Part shown: piece after piece, positions 43,219 through 57,914 of the stretch
Layout: every line of letters begins with the position of its first letter
How positions within the stretch are numbered: position 1 is the stretch's first letter
Assembly: GCA_951406725.2 (NCBI GenBank)
Contig: OX597824.1
Coordinates: 98,394,001-98,458,000, forward strand
DNA from: Octopus vulgaris
Lineage: Eukaryota
Direction: 5' to 3'
DNA: 64,000 nt
Notes under the pieces: model-generated
Database searches by the model: none
Told to the model about the DNA's origin: nothing
What the model saw: only the letters and a program-made list of their open reading frames with translations
Translations under genes and position numbers: made by a program

Positions 43219-43427
43219 AAAAAGGGGTTTGTATGATTGTGTATAGAGGGATATAAATTATTCAAAGGAATTCCAATTCTGTCTGTTTTTTATGTTTTAT
43301 TTATATTCTTTATAATATTAATGTAGAATATAGAATAAATAGTATAAATAATATATATATAGAGTAAAATGAAAGGAAGTGTTGATTGTCTTATTGAATA
43401 GATGAAATGTTGAATATCAACTATTAA

Positions 43428-43471
43428 GGGACTAGTATACTTTCTTGCATTTAAGCAGTCTTCAAGGTCCC
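43428..43471 (-). ncRNA. Hammerhead-like motif in a TA-flanked insert (about 43219-43500)
   Basis: GGGAC c UUGAAGA c UGC uuaaau GCA a GAAA GUAUAC UA GUCCC; AGUAUACU palindrome. Confidence 0.6.
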
Positions 43472-43499
43472 AGGTTGTGACAGGAGTGTTTCAACTGTG

Positions 43500-43579
<80 letters not shown>

Positions 43580-43901
43580 AAGTTGAAACACTGTATATAT
43601 ATATACACACACTTTGATACTTTGGTAGGTAAGTATTGGCCCAGGTCATGTCTGGCTTAATATCACTGACTTTATCAGGTTGTTAGCATGCACTCAATCG
43701 GTGAAGGTTATTAATAAATTCATAAATATATATTCGGGGCAAGCGAGAACATATACAAGCCGCCAACACGTTAGAAGACGCCAAATATCTCTAAACTACC
43801 TAAAGATATCACAATGAACTATAAACAAGCTGTTTCGTTTATTTGCCCGAGGACAGCGTGTGGTTATAGTTTATATATATATATATATATATATACATAC
43901 A

Positions 43902-43933
<32 letters not shown>

Positions 43934-44464
43934 CATAAAAAGATAGATATACAGACAGACAGACAAACAGAGACAGAGAGGACAAAAATAAGCAAGTTGT
44001 TAGAGATATATAGACATTTTGATAAATTGAAAAATTGAGTTAAAACATAGATATACAAATAGAGTGTGTATGCGTGTGTGTATACACACACACACACGCA
44101 TATATATAATGTATATATATATATATACATGTATATATATATGTATGTATATATATATGTATATATTTGTATATATATGTATGTATATATATATATGTAT
44201 ATATTTGTATATATATATGTATATATGTATATATATGTATGCATGTATGTATGTATCTATGTATGCATATATATATGCATGTAAATGTATATTTGTGTAT
44301 TATATGTATCTATGTATGCATATATATATATGTGTAAATGTATATTTGTGTATTATATGTATCTAATGTATATATGTATATATGTATCTATGTATGTATG
44401 TATGTATGTATGTATGTATGTATGTATGTATGTATGTATGTATGTATGTATGTATGCATGTTTG

Positions 44465-44511
<47 letters not shown>

Positions 44512-46136
44512 GAGTGTGTGTGTATCAGAAATAAAATTGGAAAAATCCCTGGTGTAGCAGAGTATATTTGGAAGAAAAAAAAGAATTAAGAATGATTTTT
44601 CTGATAATTATTTCCCACTTTAATGATGAAATCTTTACAAAACGTATCCCGACTGTTTTTTTTTCTTTTCAGAGTTTTTATTTATATTTTGTTTTCAGGT
44701 TTCTGATTTGGGATCGAGTCGCTTGCTTAAAAGCAATTTTCAAATAGTTTTTTTTAAATTTATTCTTGGTCTTTAACTGGGTGTTTGCGGGAACGTTACA
44801 AACACGCACACTTTACACAGCAGATATACAAAGCATTGAATAGAAGTTGAGACAAGTCAAAAATAAGTAAATAGAATAAAGATAAGAAAAAGAAGGAAAA
44901 ATATGAAAGAAATAGAGGGACTGTGTCTTATTTCATGGAGTGGACTTTGCATTTAGGCAAAAGTAGATCCTGAATAAAATATCGGTTTCAAATTTTGGCA
45001 CAAGGCCAGGAATTTTTTAATGGCGGGGAAGCAATGATTTGTGTTGATTCTGAGGAGGATACATTTTATTCACTTTTGCGAAAGAATGTTTGATGGGTGG
45101 GGTGAATTTCTGGGTATCAAGTGTCGAAGAGTGTTGGAATTCCAAACCTGAGGGTTATAGATTCCGACCCTTTTGTTTATGTCGTAGTAGTGCTGTAACA
45201 GAACGTCTCTGGATGCACCATTTGTTGGCGATTCCCCACTCCTGGCGGATGACACCTCTGCGCCACTCAGGCGACAACCTTCCAATCCATGGGTCTGTTT
45301 TGGGCAGTCGTTGCTTTACGCAGTTGGAGTGCAAATCCGAACTCGACGTCTTTTAGTCGTCCTATTTTTCGACACACACGGGAAACGTTGGGTCCATTCT
45401 TAGACATGCTGGTCCCCACATGACCACAGTGTGGGGACCAGCAAGTCTGTAGCACAATCTATACAGGGAATAAATTTTCAATTTTTAGCGGATGAAGGTA
45501 GATCACTCTAAAACCATCGCATCATTCGTCAGGTAAAACAAAAATAAAACAACAATCGGATGGCCATTCATACCAGGACTACCTTTGACCATAGTTCTGA
45601 TGGATCAGGGCTGACTTAAGCCTGATCTAAAACAACAACAGAAACAACAACAACAACAAGGAAGGACATTCAATAACGTTGTTCTACAAGCACAATGTGT
45701 TGTCATGTACACCGAATCAGCGAGCAACAACAATAACAACAACAATAATAATAACACCAACAAATGTATGTAGACAACCATGTTTATATATTCTTTATGT
45801 CTCTCGGATGAAGACGAATGCCAGAGATAGATGCCGACTGGTACCGGCGAGATATTTTACTGTCTGAGAAAGACAAACCGTTTTAATAGATGGCATTTCT
45901 CACCATTTCCTCCATTGCATCCATCATTTAAAGAACCTGATGAACGAAACTAAATTCCAGAACGGAAAACAAGAAACACACAAAGAAAAAATACACAAAA
46001 GGAGAAAGTAATTTAAGAAAAACATGCGAAAGGAAAACACTCAACTTTTTTTTCTCTCAATTAATTATTTTCCATTGTTCCGCCATTTTAGAAATGGTGG
46101 TTTTTCTCCTCAACACCTCCAGCTGCTTCCATTTCA

Positions 46137-46230
<94 letters not shown>

Positions 46231-46275
46231 CTTCTTCTTCTTCTTCTTCTTCTTCTTCTTCTTCTTCTTCTTCGC
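46137..46275. repeat. (CTA)n(CTT)n compound microsatellite
   Basis: Visible directly in the sequence. Confidence 0.95.
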
Positions 46276-46330
46276 CTTCTTCTTCCACTGCTCCTGCTGC
46301 TGCTACTGTGTGTGAGCATTGTAACTCATA

Positions 46331-46377
<47 letters not shown>

Positions 46378-46467
46378 GACTTTCTTGTACCAGATTTCTC
46401 TCTCTCATTCTCCCACTCTTTTTATCTATGTATTTATCTATCTCCTAATTTCTCTCTGTACATAACA

Positions 46468-46504
<37 letters not shown>

Positions 46505-46617
46505 TATATATCTGAATGATAAATAAAAGTGAGTAACTGATAGGCACATATAGAACTTAGACAAATACTCCTCTCTTGAGAGGACACAAATTTGTATGTA
46601 TAGCTACTGATATATAA

Positions 46618-46668
<51 letters not shown>

Positions 46669-46935
46669 CATGCATGCATATATATACATATATATTTATA
46701 CGAATATACATATACATACATATCATGTACATACACCATATATATATGTATATTGTGTATATCTACATACAGACACACACATATATATATTTATAATGTG
46801 TATATCTACAGACACAGACATAGATACACACGCACACACACACATATGTATATTGCGTATATCTACATAAAAATACACACACACACATATATATGTATGT
46901 ATATTGTGTATATTCACATACAAAGACATACACAC

Positions 46936-47019
<84 letters not shown>

Positions 47020-47484
47020 TGTATATATATGTATATCTAAATATATATATATCTACATACAACGACACACACACACACACACATATGTATATTGTGTATA
47101 GCTATATACAAAGACACACGCACACATATTCTTTCAAACTTTATGTCGTAGACATTAAATTTGCAGAGGGTTTCCAAATGTTATTCAATTTTATTGTTTC
47201 AAACTCAACATAAAGAATTGGTCAGGAAATAAGTCATTGAAAAAACAACTCGAAATAAACATAACATAACGCATTATAATAGTACAATATCATAAAACGT
47301 AGTATAATATAAAATGAGTTAATAACGTAATATAATATAATAGATATTTATAACATAATATCAAATACAGAATAATGCAAATCAATGTAATATAATACAG
47401 GTATTCGCTTTTCTAATCCCGTGTGAAAGAATGCGGCAGCTGTTCAAGGGTAGCTTCTACCTTTTTTATGCACAGAACGTATTC

Positions 47485-47548
<64 letters not shown>

Positions 47549-47552
<4 letters not shown>

Positions 47553-48500
47553 TTCCACTCGTCTATCCTTCTATTGAAATATAAAAGGCATTGGTAACTT
47601 TCGAATGTTACTACTTCCTCTAGAACTGCTCCAATATTTCCCAGACTATCTCGCCTTGATTTCAAAAATGATAGAAAGTTCGGCGAACTTCTAATAAGAA
47701 GCTCCACAACGCACACCCACCCACCCACCAAAACCTGGCACTTTTAAATGTGCTCACCGGCGATGCAACACCTACCACTGCATCAACAACACCGCAGCCA
47801 TCACTAGGCTTAAGTCACACATTTCTCAGAACTTCTGTTGCACATCATCCAGTCTCATATATTTTATCGTCTGTGAACTTGGTGGTGCTCTTGACATTGG
47901 CGTTGCTGACTGGCTTCGGAAGCGCTTTAAAAAGTATATTACTCCGAATGCCAGGTCAAACTATCACCACTCACTTCAACAGATTGTCCATTCCGTTATT
48001 CAAATATCAGTGAAACAGTGTCTGTGCACACCATGGATCCAAATGCTCAATGAAGCAGAGGGAACAACATGTTATAATCACCGACAGGTTTAAATAAACA
48101 CTTTTCCTTCTCTTCCTAAACCTCCTCCTTTTAGTTCAGCCCTTTTTTAATCCTTCAAATTTCCTCTCTCCTCATCTTTTCCTTTCTCTTCACTCTCACC
48201 TTCACCCACCCCTCTTCTTCATTCCATTCCTCTTCCTTCCATTTTTCTCAGACACACTCTGTCTTCTACAACTTCCTGTAGACGCACGAAACGCTCTTGG
48301 TCTTGCATTCATTATTAATTGCAGCCATTTCTTTAAACTAAGAGATTGTAATACTCTGCCATCTTCCCTTAATTTTAAACCTGTCAAATTTTCCCTGAAT
48401 GAGGAATCTATCCGAAACGTTTGATCCTTTCACTCCCCGCAGCAGGGTCACTGTACTCTTTTAGCCGATTTTACTCTATCTTTGTGTACAAACTATATAA
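47549..48500 (+). mobile_element. Neptune-type Penelope-like element 3' remnant (Cys linker, GIY-YIG, 3' UTR with hammerhead-like motif)
   Basis: IFP..FKNDRKFGELLIRS..KPGTFKCAHRRCNT..QNFCCTSSSLIYFIVC...ALDIG...LRKRF..THFN..PTGLN; CUGAAUGA GGA aucua UCC GAAACGUU at 48395-48421. Confidence 0.8.
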
Positions 48501-48524
48501 TTACACACACACACATATCTTTAA

Positions 48525-48840
48525 GAATTTTTTGCGTAATGAGATAAAAAAAACCAAGGCTGTGTAGATATTAGAGCATTTATAGATAGAAGGTCTTACA
48601 GCTGTTTCTAGGATATTTATTAATTATATCCCTTCATCGGAGACGGTGTGAGAGGATGGTTAAGTCATAGTTAATTTAGATAGGATACAAAATAGAGAGT
48701 GAGGGGGAGGAAAAATGGATGTGATATATTTAGGGATATTGAATTTGTAGATCCATTTTTTAAATAAAGCATATTACTCTACCTCTGGTATTTGGGTAAT
48801 CTTTTTTCCACCTTGTTTCACATTTATGTGCTTACTCCGG
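48525..48840 (-). mobile_element. Family H copy with hammerhead (48593-48644)
   Basis: GUCU CCGAUGA a GGGAUAU..AUAUCCU a GAAACAGCUGUA AGAC. Confidence 0.75.
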
Positions 48841-48841
48841 T

Positions 48842-48898
<57 letters not shown>

Positions 48899-49746
48899 CA
48901 AATATACACATACATATATGTATATACATTTTGATCTTCCGTATAGAGTATGTAATTGCGTGGGTTGCATATATTTATACACACACAGACACACAAACAC
49001 ACTCACACATACACTCACGCACACATACACACACAACCCACGCAATCTTAAATTTTCACTTGCTCATTTATTTCAGTCATCAAACTATGGTCATGCTGTG
49101 TCTGTGTATGTGTGTGTCTATACACACATACATGCGTATATATATACATACACTCATACAAACCCGCATATAATACACACACACACACACACACACACGC
49201 ACATACGTATATATATATATATATACGTATATTTGTATGTGGTTGCATATATATGTATAGACATATATATATATATCTATATACGTATATATGTCTACAT
49301 ATATATATATTGTATGTGAGTGTGTGTGTAATACGTATATCATTTCTCAACAGACACACCGGACACACGTACACACATACCCACACATGCAGAGTCATAG
49401 AATCTAAATTATCGGATTCCAGCACTTTCCTCCAATACAGCAAATTGCATACACGCATACATACATACATACATACATACACGCATACACACACACATAT
49501 GTGCATATATACATATACGTGCGTACACACACACACACACACACACGAATAGCTATATACATACACTTACAATCACACGCGCTTTCACAGAACGGTCCTA
49601 GTATTTGATTGGAGTTTCTCTTTATCGGCCCGGAGGACTTGGAACGCGACAATGATGATGATGATGATGATGAGGGTGGTGGTGGTGGTGGTGGTGGTGG
49701 TGGTGGTGGTGGTGGTGGTGGTGGTGGTGGTGGTGGTGGCGATGGC

Positions 49747-49783
<37 letters not shown>

Positions 49784-49944
49784 ACGTCAACCGCAGCAAC
49801 AATAAGAACAAGAACAGTAATTATAATAATGCTTTCAAATGGGATGGGCTACTGGACCTGAAGACGATTCTAACTGGGTCCCTTCTGCAAAATCAAGTGA
49901 TGTTTATCTTGATAGGATATAAAAAAAAAAGACACTCATAAAAT

Positions 49945-50850
49945 TTAGGGTTTTACATATGATGGAATAATAAAAGACAGACAATAAATGCGAGGGTTTA
50001 CACATAATAGGGAAAACAAGGTGTTAACAGGCATCATCACGGGGAAAATATATACACGTTCTTTGCATCAAATAATTTGCTTCCAGTAGAACAAAAGGGA
50101 TGCCAAAAGAATCGAAGGGCACCAAGGACCACCTTGTAATGAAGAACTGCAAACGGTACCAAATAAAATTGTGCATGGCCTGGATAGGTTTTAAAAAGGC
50201 TTACGACATGTTGCCGCATTCGTGGATTCTGGAAACACTCGACAGTTGAGAAGGTGTCTGCCCTGATTAAGAACAGCATGCTTCGTTGGAAAACGTCTTT
50301 TGTGTAACAACCAGCATTTAGCCGAAGTAACAATGAACAGAAGTATCTTCCAGGGAGATTCTTGTTCACCTTTGTTGTTTGTTATTTGTTCTACGCAAAC
50401 TCAACGCGCACACAATGATCTGAGAAGTAAAGGACCTCGTCTCAACCACATTCTCTTCACGGATGATTTAAAATTGTTCGCAAAAAATGGAAGGCTGAAA
50501 TGGAGAGGCTGGTTTGGTTGAGAGTGTGTAGATGTGCAGCAAGGATATAGGGACGGAATTCGGTATCGCAAAGTGTGTGGTGTTCACTTTGAAACGGGGG
50601 AAAAGAGCAGATTGTAGGGGCATAGAATTGCCGAATGGAGAGAGGATAGAGGACCCGGATGATGATGATGATGATGATGATGGCACCTTGGGATCTTGGA
50701 GCTGGACAACATCTTGCACAGGGAAATGAAAGACAAAATCATCACTGCATTTTCCAAGCGCCTGAAACTTCTCTTGAAATCAAACCTCAACTCATAGAAA
50801 CTCGTGACAGCCATCAACATATGGTCTTGTCAGTTGCTTGACCGTAGCCA
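49945..50850 (+). mobile_element. R4/Dong-like LINE reverse transcriptase fragment
   Basis: EQKGC..MAWIGFKKAYDMLPHSWI..IFQGDSCSPLLF..LNHILFTDDLKLFA..DIGTEFGIAKC. Confidence 0.88.
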
Positions 50851-50989
50851 GTTGAGTAGCTGACGCTATGTGCATCTCTGATCACGAGCAGAAGTAGTGG
50901 GCGAGCATCATAGCCATTTGTATAGAGAGGGATTCTTTGCGGTTTGAATAATTCACCTTTGGAAACATAGGTGTTTCGTTCATCATCCT

Positions 50990-51230
50990 TAAACAACCGT
51001 TATTCAGGGACCTTTTGGGATGGGTTACTCGACCTGAAGAAAATTCTAACTGGACCCCCCCACCTGCAAGGTCATGTACCGTTTATCTTGATATGCGATC
51101 ACCGTGTCGTATACATATGGATGCATATGCCTGGTGTACCCTGATCAGAGGGGTAGTCATGATGGTGTCTACTGGGCTTCGTATATTTGTATCCCCGTGT
51201 CACTTTGATGGCGTACATTGCACTCTCATC
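50990..51230 (+). repeat. Interspersed repeat ending in an (AAC)/(AAT)n tail
   Basis: Partial copies at 49830-49915 and 56628-56680. Confidence 0.55.
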
Positions 51231-51249
51231 AACATCAACAACAACAACC

Positions 51250-51293
<44 letters not shown>

Positions 51294-51294
51294 A

Positions 51295-51326
<32 letters not shown>

Positions 51327-51965
51327 GGTTTCAAGTTTTTGAACGAGGCCAGTAATTTCAGGGACGGAGTTAAGTCGATTACATCCACCTCATTGCTTTC
51401 ATTCCACTTAAGAATTATTTATCCAAATCTGTAACAAATTGCCAAGCCAGATAATACAATTAACTTTTCTTACACTAATTACCTAAATATTTCATCAACC
51501 ATTCAAAGTTCCTTACTCGGATACCCTCCACTGCCTGGCTGGCTGGCTGTCTATTTTTCTACTTCCCTGTCTATCTTCGAGCTCGTCTCTCTGTCATCGT
51601 GCCTGCATCTTTGTCTTCCTCTGTTTTTCTGTATTCTTCCCTGGGCGTCGATGCCTCTTTCTGTTTTAGCAATAGAAGAAATAGTTCCATGGACTCTAAT
51701 ACCATCCTGCTACAAGATCATCGTGTTTACTCGAAATAAGCGAAACCATCCAATTCGTAACTGGATTTCATCGTTCGTTCGGTTGTAACTAAATGGCTGT
51801 GGGTCGCTCATGATCCAATACGTATTATATAATCGACAAGACATTGTTGCCATCGATGTCTTCATGCATGGCATTTCATTTGCCCCGCACACGATATGGA
51901 AGCGAATGTAAAGCAGAGCATAAATCTAATACCATAAATCTAATAAATTTTATATATATATATAT

Positions 51966-52281
51966 AAATTTAGATTCAGATGAATATGGTACTTAAGTTG
52001 AGGCACCAGAATTTAGTACGGTATTATCCATACAATTTCAAAATAAGGTGATTAAAATCAAAATAAGCAACAAGGGTATCCAGAGGTAATGCAGTACAAT
52101 CGTTTCAAGCAACTCTATCTAATTGAACAATGCAATCATTACATCAATTTAAATGCAGAGCAATCCTCAGTTGCATGAAGATATAGAATTTAATTAGATT
52201 AAAACAGATGGACACATTAGTATACTAATGTGTCCATTAGTACTACGTTACCTCTGGATATCCTTGTTGCTTATTTTGATT
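51966..52281 (-). mobile_element. PLE-type element with hammerhead (52089-52176), 42-bp inverted arm and 30-bp palindrome
   Basis: AUGCAa CUGAGGA..GCUCU...AGAGU..GAAA CGAUUG UA cUGCAU; 52056-52097 pairs with 52240-52281; perfect palindrome at 52208-52237. Confidence 0.75.
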
Positions 52282-53061
52282 ATATATATATATATATGTG
52301 TGTGTCAGGTCACTTTCGAGTGCTACTGGTAACATGTAACCCAGTACAACCTGTTGCATGGTCGGGTCGTCGGCGGCTAAACCGGCAACGCCACCAAGCT
52401 TGCTTGGTGAGGAGGGTGTTCATTGGACACCCTGCGGGATGAAAAACAAAACCCGTCAAACGGCGGAGGAACTCTTGAGAGTCAACGGCCATCCAATAAA
52501 TGTCTTAAGGCTGTATCAAGCGCGGGGACATAGAAATAATCGGACTGAATACCCGATCGCGCGCTTAAACCATTAGGAGTGAAGGACTCCTAGCCTTTGT
52601 TACAGTAACTCAGGTAACTCAGGTAACTGGGATAACTCCGATATAAAATCTGCAGCTCAGTGGTTACCGATGATGTTGACTTGTTCTTCTTTTCGGATTA
52701 TGGCTGCTGTTGCTTAGTGAGTGGGATTGACTCAGTGCACAGCCTTTCCTCACTTTAAAAAAATCTTCTTGCAAAGGCATTGCACGATAACAACATTGAT
52801 TAAGCTTCGTGCAATGGCCATACACGATAACGAGGGGGCAATCACCATATATATATATATACATACATATAGATTTATATATAATGCATGTATATATATA
52901 TGTATATATGTATGTATTTATGTATTTATGTATGTATGTATGTAAGTATGTATGTATATATGCATATATATAAATGTTTATATAATTTATATATAATGTA
53001 TATATATATATATATATATATACATATATACAGATGCATATATATAATGTGGGTATGTATA

Positions 53062-53119
<58 letters not shown>

Positions 53120-53296
53120 TGTATGTATGTATGCGCATGCACACACATAGGAAGTAAGTAAAAAAACATCAGAGATATTTTGCCTCAAGCAGGAAGTACA
53201 AGAGCTACAACGTCACACGTACATATTTAGGTATTCATATAAGAAGGATTATATACATAAACACGCAATGCGTGTACACAATTGTGTAATATATAT

Positions 53297-53378
<82 letters not shown>

Positions 53379-53419
53379 ACATGCCTATATATAATACTAG
53401 ACATGCATCTTCAATATGG

Positions 53420-53830
53420 AAGCAAAGCTTTTGATATTTATGCAAAGGCTTCGATAAAATGCATAACAGAAGAGTCAACAATCTGTGATCGGCAACAGGG
53501 ACTTTGTCGAGTGGTTGAAACCAGTTGCCCGCAGTTAATAAAATAATGCTGAAGATTGGAGAAAGAGAAAATATCAGTGACTAACAGATGAGAAATTTGA
53601 AGTTATTCCATCTAGCTCAAGATTTCTACCAATAATTATCGGAGTACTTGGCTACGTGGCTAGCAGCCTAGCTACTAATATTGAGAATCTTGGTTACACA
53701 AAACCAAAAGAACACATTGAATCAAGAGTTTACGGCCACCACGCATCAGAGGCACCGACAAAATCTGTAAAACATTCAGAAATTTTAGCTTGCAATAAGT
53801 TCATTTATTATACATCTATGGATTTGCAAA
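53420..53830 (+). mobile_element. R4/Dong-like RLE 3' remnant
   Basis: ICDRQQGLCRVVETSCP..SLATNIENLGYTKP..KICKT; related to 2836-3150. Confidence 0.6.
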
Positions 53831-53945
53831 AACCGATTTGTTTTCCGACGTATGCTTTGATGTATTTTTTTCCCGTTACGCGAAAGTTAAAATAGATTCC
53901 TAGAAGCAATGACATTCATACCCGTACCATTGTATGTATGTGCGC

Positions 53946-54036
<91 letters not shown>

Positions 54037-54115
54037 TATATACGTATATGGGTACAAGCAAATATCATACATGCATAGGTATATGTGTGTGTGAGTATGT
54101 GAATACACACACATG

Positions 54116-54156
<41 letters not shown>

Positions 54157-54180
54157 ATATATATATATATATATAAATAT

Positions 54181-54352
54181 AGGGGGAGAGTTCACGAAAA
54201 AAAACAAAAGACGAAGACAGGTGGTGTACAAAACAAACAGATGTATTAGTAATAGAAAAAGTCTTTAACGTTTCGAGCCTACGCTCTTCTACAGAAAGGG
54301 ACACAGAAAAAAATAAGGAGAGAAAAAAATGTGTTTAGTGGCTACCGATCTA
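54181..54352 (-). mobile_element. Family A copy with hammerhead-like motif (54261-54302)
   Basis: CUGUAGA a GAGC guag GCUC GAAACGUU AAAGAC. Confidence 0.7.
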
Positions 54353-54727
54353 TAAATACACACACACATACACACAGAGAGATATATGTATATACAAGGT
54401 TATCCGCTCGATATTGTGTAAATGTTTTATTTCCAGTGCAAAACCCTTGTTTCTAGGCTAGAAACCAGCGCTCTCTCAATTGGTGAGACATTTGAAAATA
54501 AAACATTCGTGCATACATACGCATATGCACACACACACACGCGCGCACGAGCGCGCGCGGGTGTTTACGAATAGTGTTCACGTGGGCGAGTATGAATGGC
54601 GTCCCTATGATTGAACGAAAAAATAACTGATTTATTTTGGTGTTTCATATTCCATATCGTATTTCTCTTATATATTCATATATTGGCATCCATTCTCTCT
54701 CTCTCTCACTCTCTTTCCCTCTCCCTT

Positions 54728-54759
<32 letters not shown>

Positions 54760-55070
54760 GTATAGTCATACATCTCACTGTCTTTCTTTTCATATATATA
54801 TATGTGTGTGTGTGTGTATCGTAAGATGGAGAGACGGTGAGAGAGAAAGGGACTGAAAGAGAGAAGGAGAGAGAGAAAGGATGTGTGCGTGTGTGTGTGT
54901 GTATGCATGTATATAATGTATGTATGTTTATTCATTAGTTAGTGAAAAAGTGTGTAGGCCGTAGCCATGAACTTCCGAGGCCCCCTCAGATTGTCGAGTT
55001 CGATGCTCTTTTGACTGGAATCCGACTCATTCTTTTACGCCATTCCTGCGCTCCCTCTCTCCCACACACA

Positions 55071-55106
<36 letters not shown>

Positions 55107-55430
55107 TTCTTTTTCTTTCGTATGCTTACACACTCTTTCTTTTTGTCCCTATCATCCACCCACGCACACACACACACACACACACAAACACACATACGCA
55201 CACACACACACACACACAAATACGCTCACATGCGAAACGCATTTCTATAAAAAGATTTTAGTATTCCCCACATGAAAAAAAATCTATTACAGAATTAAAT
55301 TGAATCAAATTCAGCATATATGCATACATACAAACATATATAGATTCACGCATACATATATACATGTGTGTGTATATATATACACAAATATATGTATATA
55401 TATATGTGTAAATATATATGTATATATATG

Positions 55431-55462
<32 letters not shown>

Positions 55463-55689
55463 TATATGTATGTATGTATGCATACATATATACAGATACT
55501 TACATACACATACACTGACAAGCACAAGCGCACACACGCACACACACTAACCCTAATGTTTGACTTGTACTTCAATTTACTGACCCCAGAGGCGATGGAA
55601 TGCAAGAATGAATGGTGATGAGATGATGATGATGATGATGATGATGATAACATCTATCTCAAAGTAAGGAAACCTTGCTAGTGTCATCT

Positions 55690-56480
55690 AGAAATGAGGG
55701 GGGTGTTGAAAGCCGAGAAAAAAGGAAACACAAAGCAAGAAGTACAAAAAATTACATGAAGAAACTTTGCGCCACAAGGGACCGCCTAATCACTTGCATG
55801 TGGCCACCACTGAAGTTGCTGGAACAAAAATTGGTGGGATTCGCTAATGAAGGAACCCTAAAAAAAGAAACTGAGAGCACTATACTGGCAGTGCAAGACC
55901 AAGCTTTGACCACAAATTGGAGGGTCAGACTTAGGAATGAGCAAGTGTTTCCACTGTGCCGCAATGGACGAAACCATTGCCTATACTGCAAACGAACGCC
56001 CAAGACTTGCCCCAAACAATTTGTGGCGATACGATGATGTAGGGAAGGGGCCACATTGGAAACTGTGCGAAAAGTGGGGTCTAGAGAGAGCAAGGCGTGG
56101 TGTAGCACAGACTGTAGAGAATGGCGGAGTCGGAAATCTGTAAAATCCTCTGGGATTTCCTAATCCGAAGAAATCAGGAAGGCGAAAAAGTAAATATATA
56201 CAACCCTCTTAAATACGAAATAGCCCTGCAATGGAAAATGAAGAAAGTGAAGATAGTGCCAATTATTGTTAGGTCCTTGAAGACAGTATCAGAAGGCATG
56301 AAGAGGAATAGAAAGGAAATTGGAATAGAGTGCCCAGTAGAACTGTTACAAAAGTTTGCCCCCTTGGCATGGCCAGAATAATCAAGAAAGTATTAGATAG
56401 CTGAAGGGAATGGGTAGCATGGTACCATAGTCTGCAGGTATTGCAACAAGACTCCAGGAATATTACAACAAAACCTGATA
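55690..56480 (+). mobile_element. R4/Dong-like LINE 3' fragment followed by (TAA)n
   Basis: LKKETESTILAVQDQALTT..ETI..HWKLC..KILWDF..LKYEIALQWKMKKVKIVPIIV. Confidence 0.85.
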
Positions 56481-56508
56481 ATAATAATAATAATAATAAT
56501 GATAATAA

Positions 56509-56628
<120 letters not shown>

Positions 56629-56680
56629 CCCAGTGTCATTTTGATAGCATGCATTGCTCTCTCACTCAATAATAATAATA

Positions 56681-57285
56681 ATGGCTCAAATATTCTGAAC
56701 TAAAAGCCGAAACGGAACGTCTGACTCTCGCTGCACAAGACCAATGCCTGACTACAAACAATTATGAAAAAAAAATAATGAAAACTGGTCTCAACACCAA
56801 ATGCAGAATATGCAACCAGTGCAATGAGACAGTTGACCACATCCCTGGGGCTGCTCAGTTCTTGCCAAGTCTAAATTACTATACAGACACGACAAAGGAA
56901 GCAGATATATCCACTGGACAATATGCCAACAGGAGGTGTCATATAAGTATGAGCCAAACAAGGTACAAAACAACGACCAGGTCACAATCATCTGGGATAT
57001 GCTGGTTCAAACCGACAAAGAAATAAAAGCTAATCGGCCAGACATAATAATCAAGGATTGAAGAAAAAACACCTGCTTACTGATAGACATTGCAGTTCCT
57101 TCTGAGCAAAATATTGTCAAGAAAGAATTGGAGAAATTGTCCAAGTACAAAGACCTCGAAATCGAAATATTTAAAGTGTGAGGCATGAAGGTAAAAACAA
57201 TATCAATAATGATTGGAGCATTGGGCATGATAAAAAATCATTTGAACAAAAATGTAGAAGCTATACCTAGATCCTCAACACTATA
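56681..57285 (+). mobile_element. R4/Dong-like LINE 3' fragment (CCHC plus RLE)
   Basis: LKAETE..AAQDQ..KCRICNQCNETVDHI..IWDM..ANRPDIII..LIDIAVP..KELEKLSKYKDL..IGALG. Confidence 0.9.
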
Positions 57286-57349
57286 TATGCCGCATATATA
57301 TGTGTGTGCATGTGTGTGTGTGTGTGTTGTGTGTGTGTGTGTGTGTGTG

Positions 57350-57565
57350 TGTTTGTATCTGTGTTTGTCCTCCATTACAGCTTGACAACCGGCGTTGGTA
57401 TGTTTCCGTCCTTATAACTTGAGGGTTCGGTAAAAGAGATTGATAGAGTAAGTACCAGGATTAAAAATAAGTTCTGGGGTCGATTTCATTCGACTAAAAA
57501 TTCTTCAAGACGGTGCCCCAGCATGGCCGCAGTCTAATGACTGGAACAAGTAAAAGATAAAAAAA
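57350..57565 (+). mobile_element. SINE 3' part
   Basis: Homologous to 15545-15760. Confidence 0.75.
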
Positions 57566-57866
57566 AATATACACACATACACGCACACTCACACCCACAA
57601 TATTATAGGAAGAAAAAAAACAACCCCCACCACGACTACCACCACCACCACCACTAACAACAACAACAACAACAATCAAACAAACAATAAAACAATAAAA
57701 GTTAAATAAACAATTGTGAAAGAAGAGCGAAACGAATGAAGAGGGAATGTGAAAATAGAAGAAAAACACTCGCGGATCGGCCATTTTAATGTAAATATTG
57801 GTTTAGAAGAAGTAATCCACGGCTGAGTATTGCGATTCACTGTCGAATATTATTGGCAGTCGTCTA

Positions 57867-57914
<48 letters not shown>

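Noticed and set aside
45936-45952. CTGATGAACGAAACTA
   Set aside because: No stem II or convincing stem I; may be chance.
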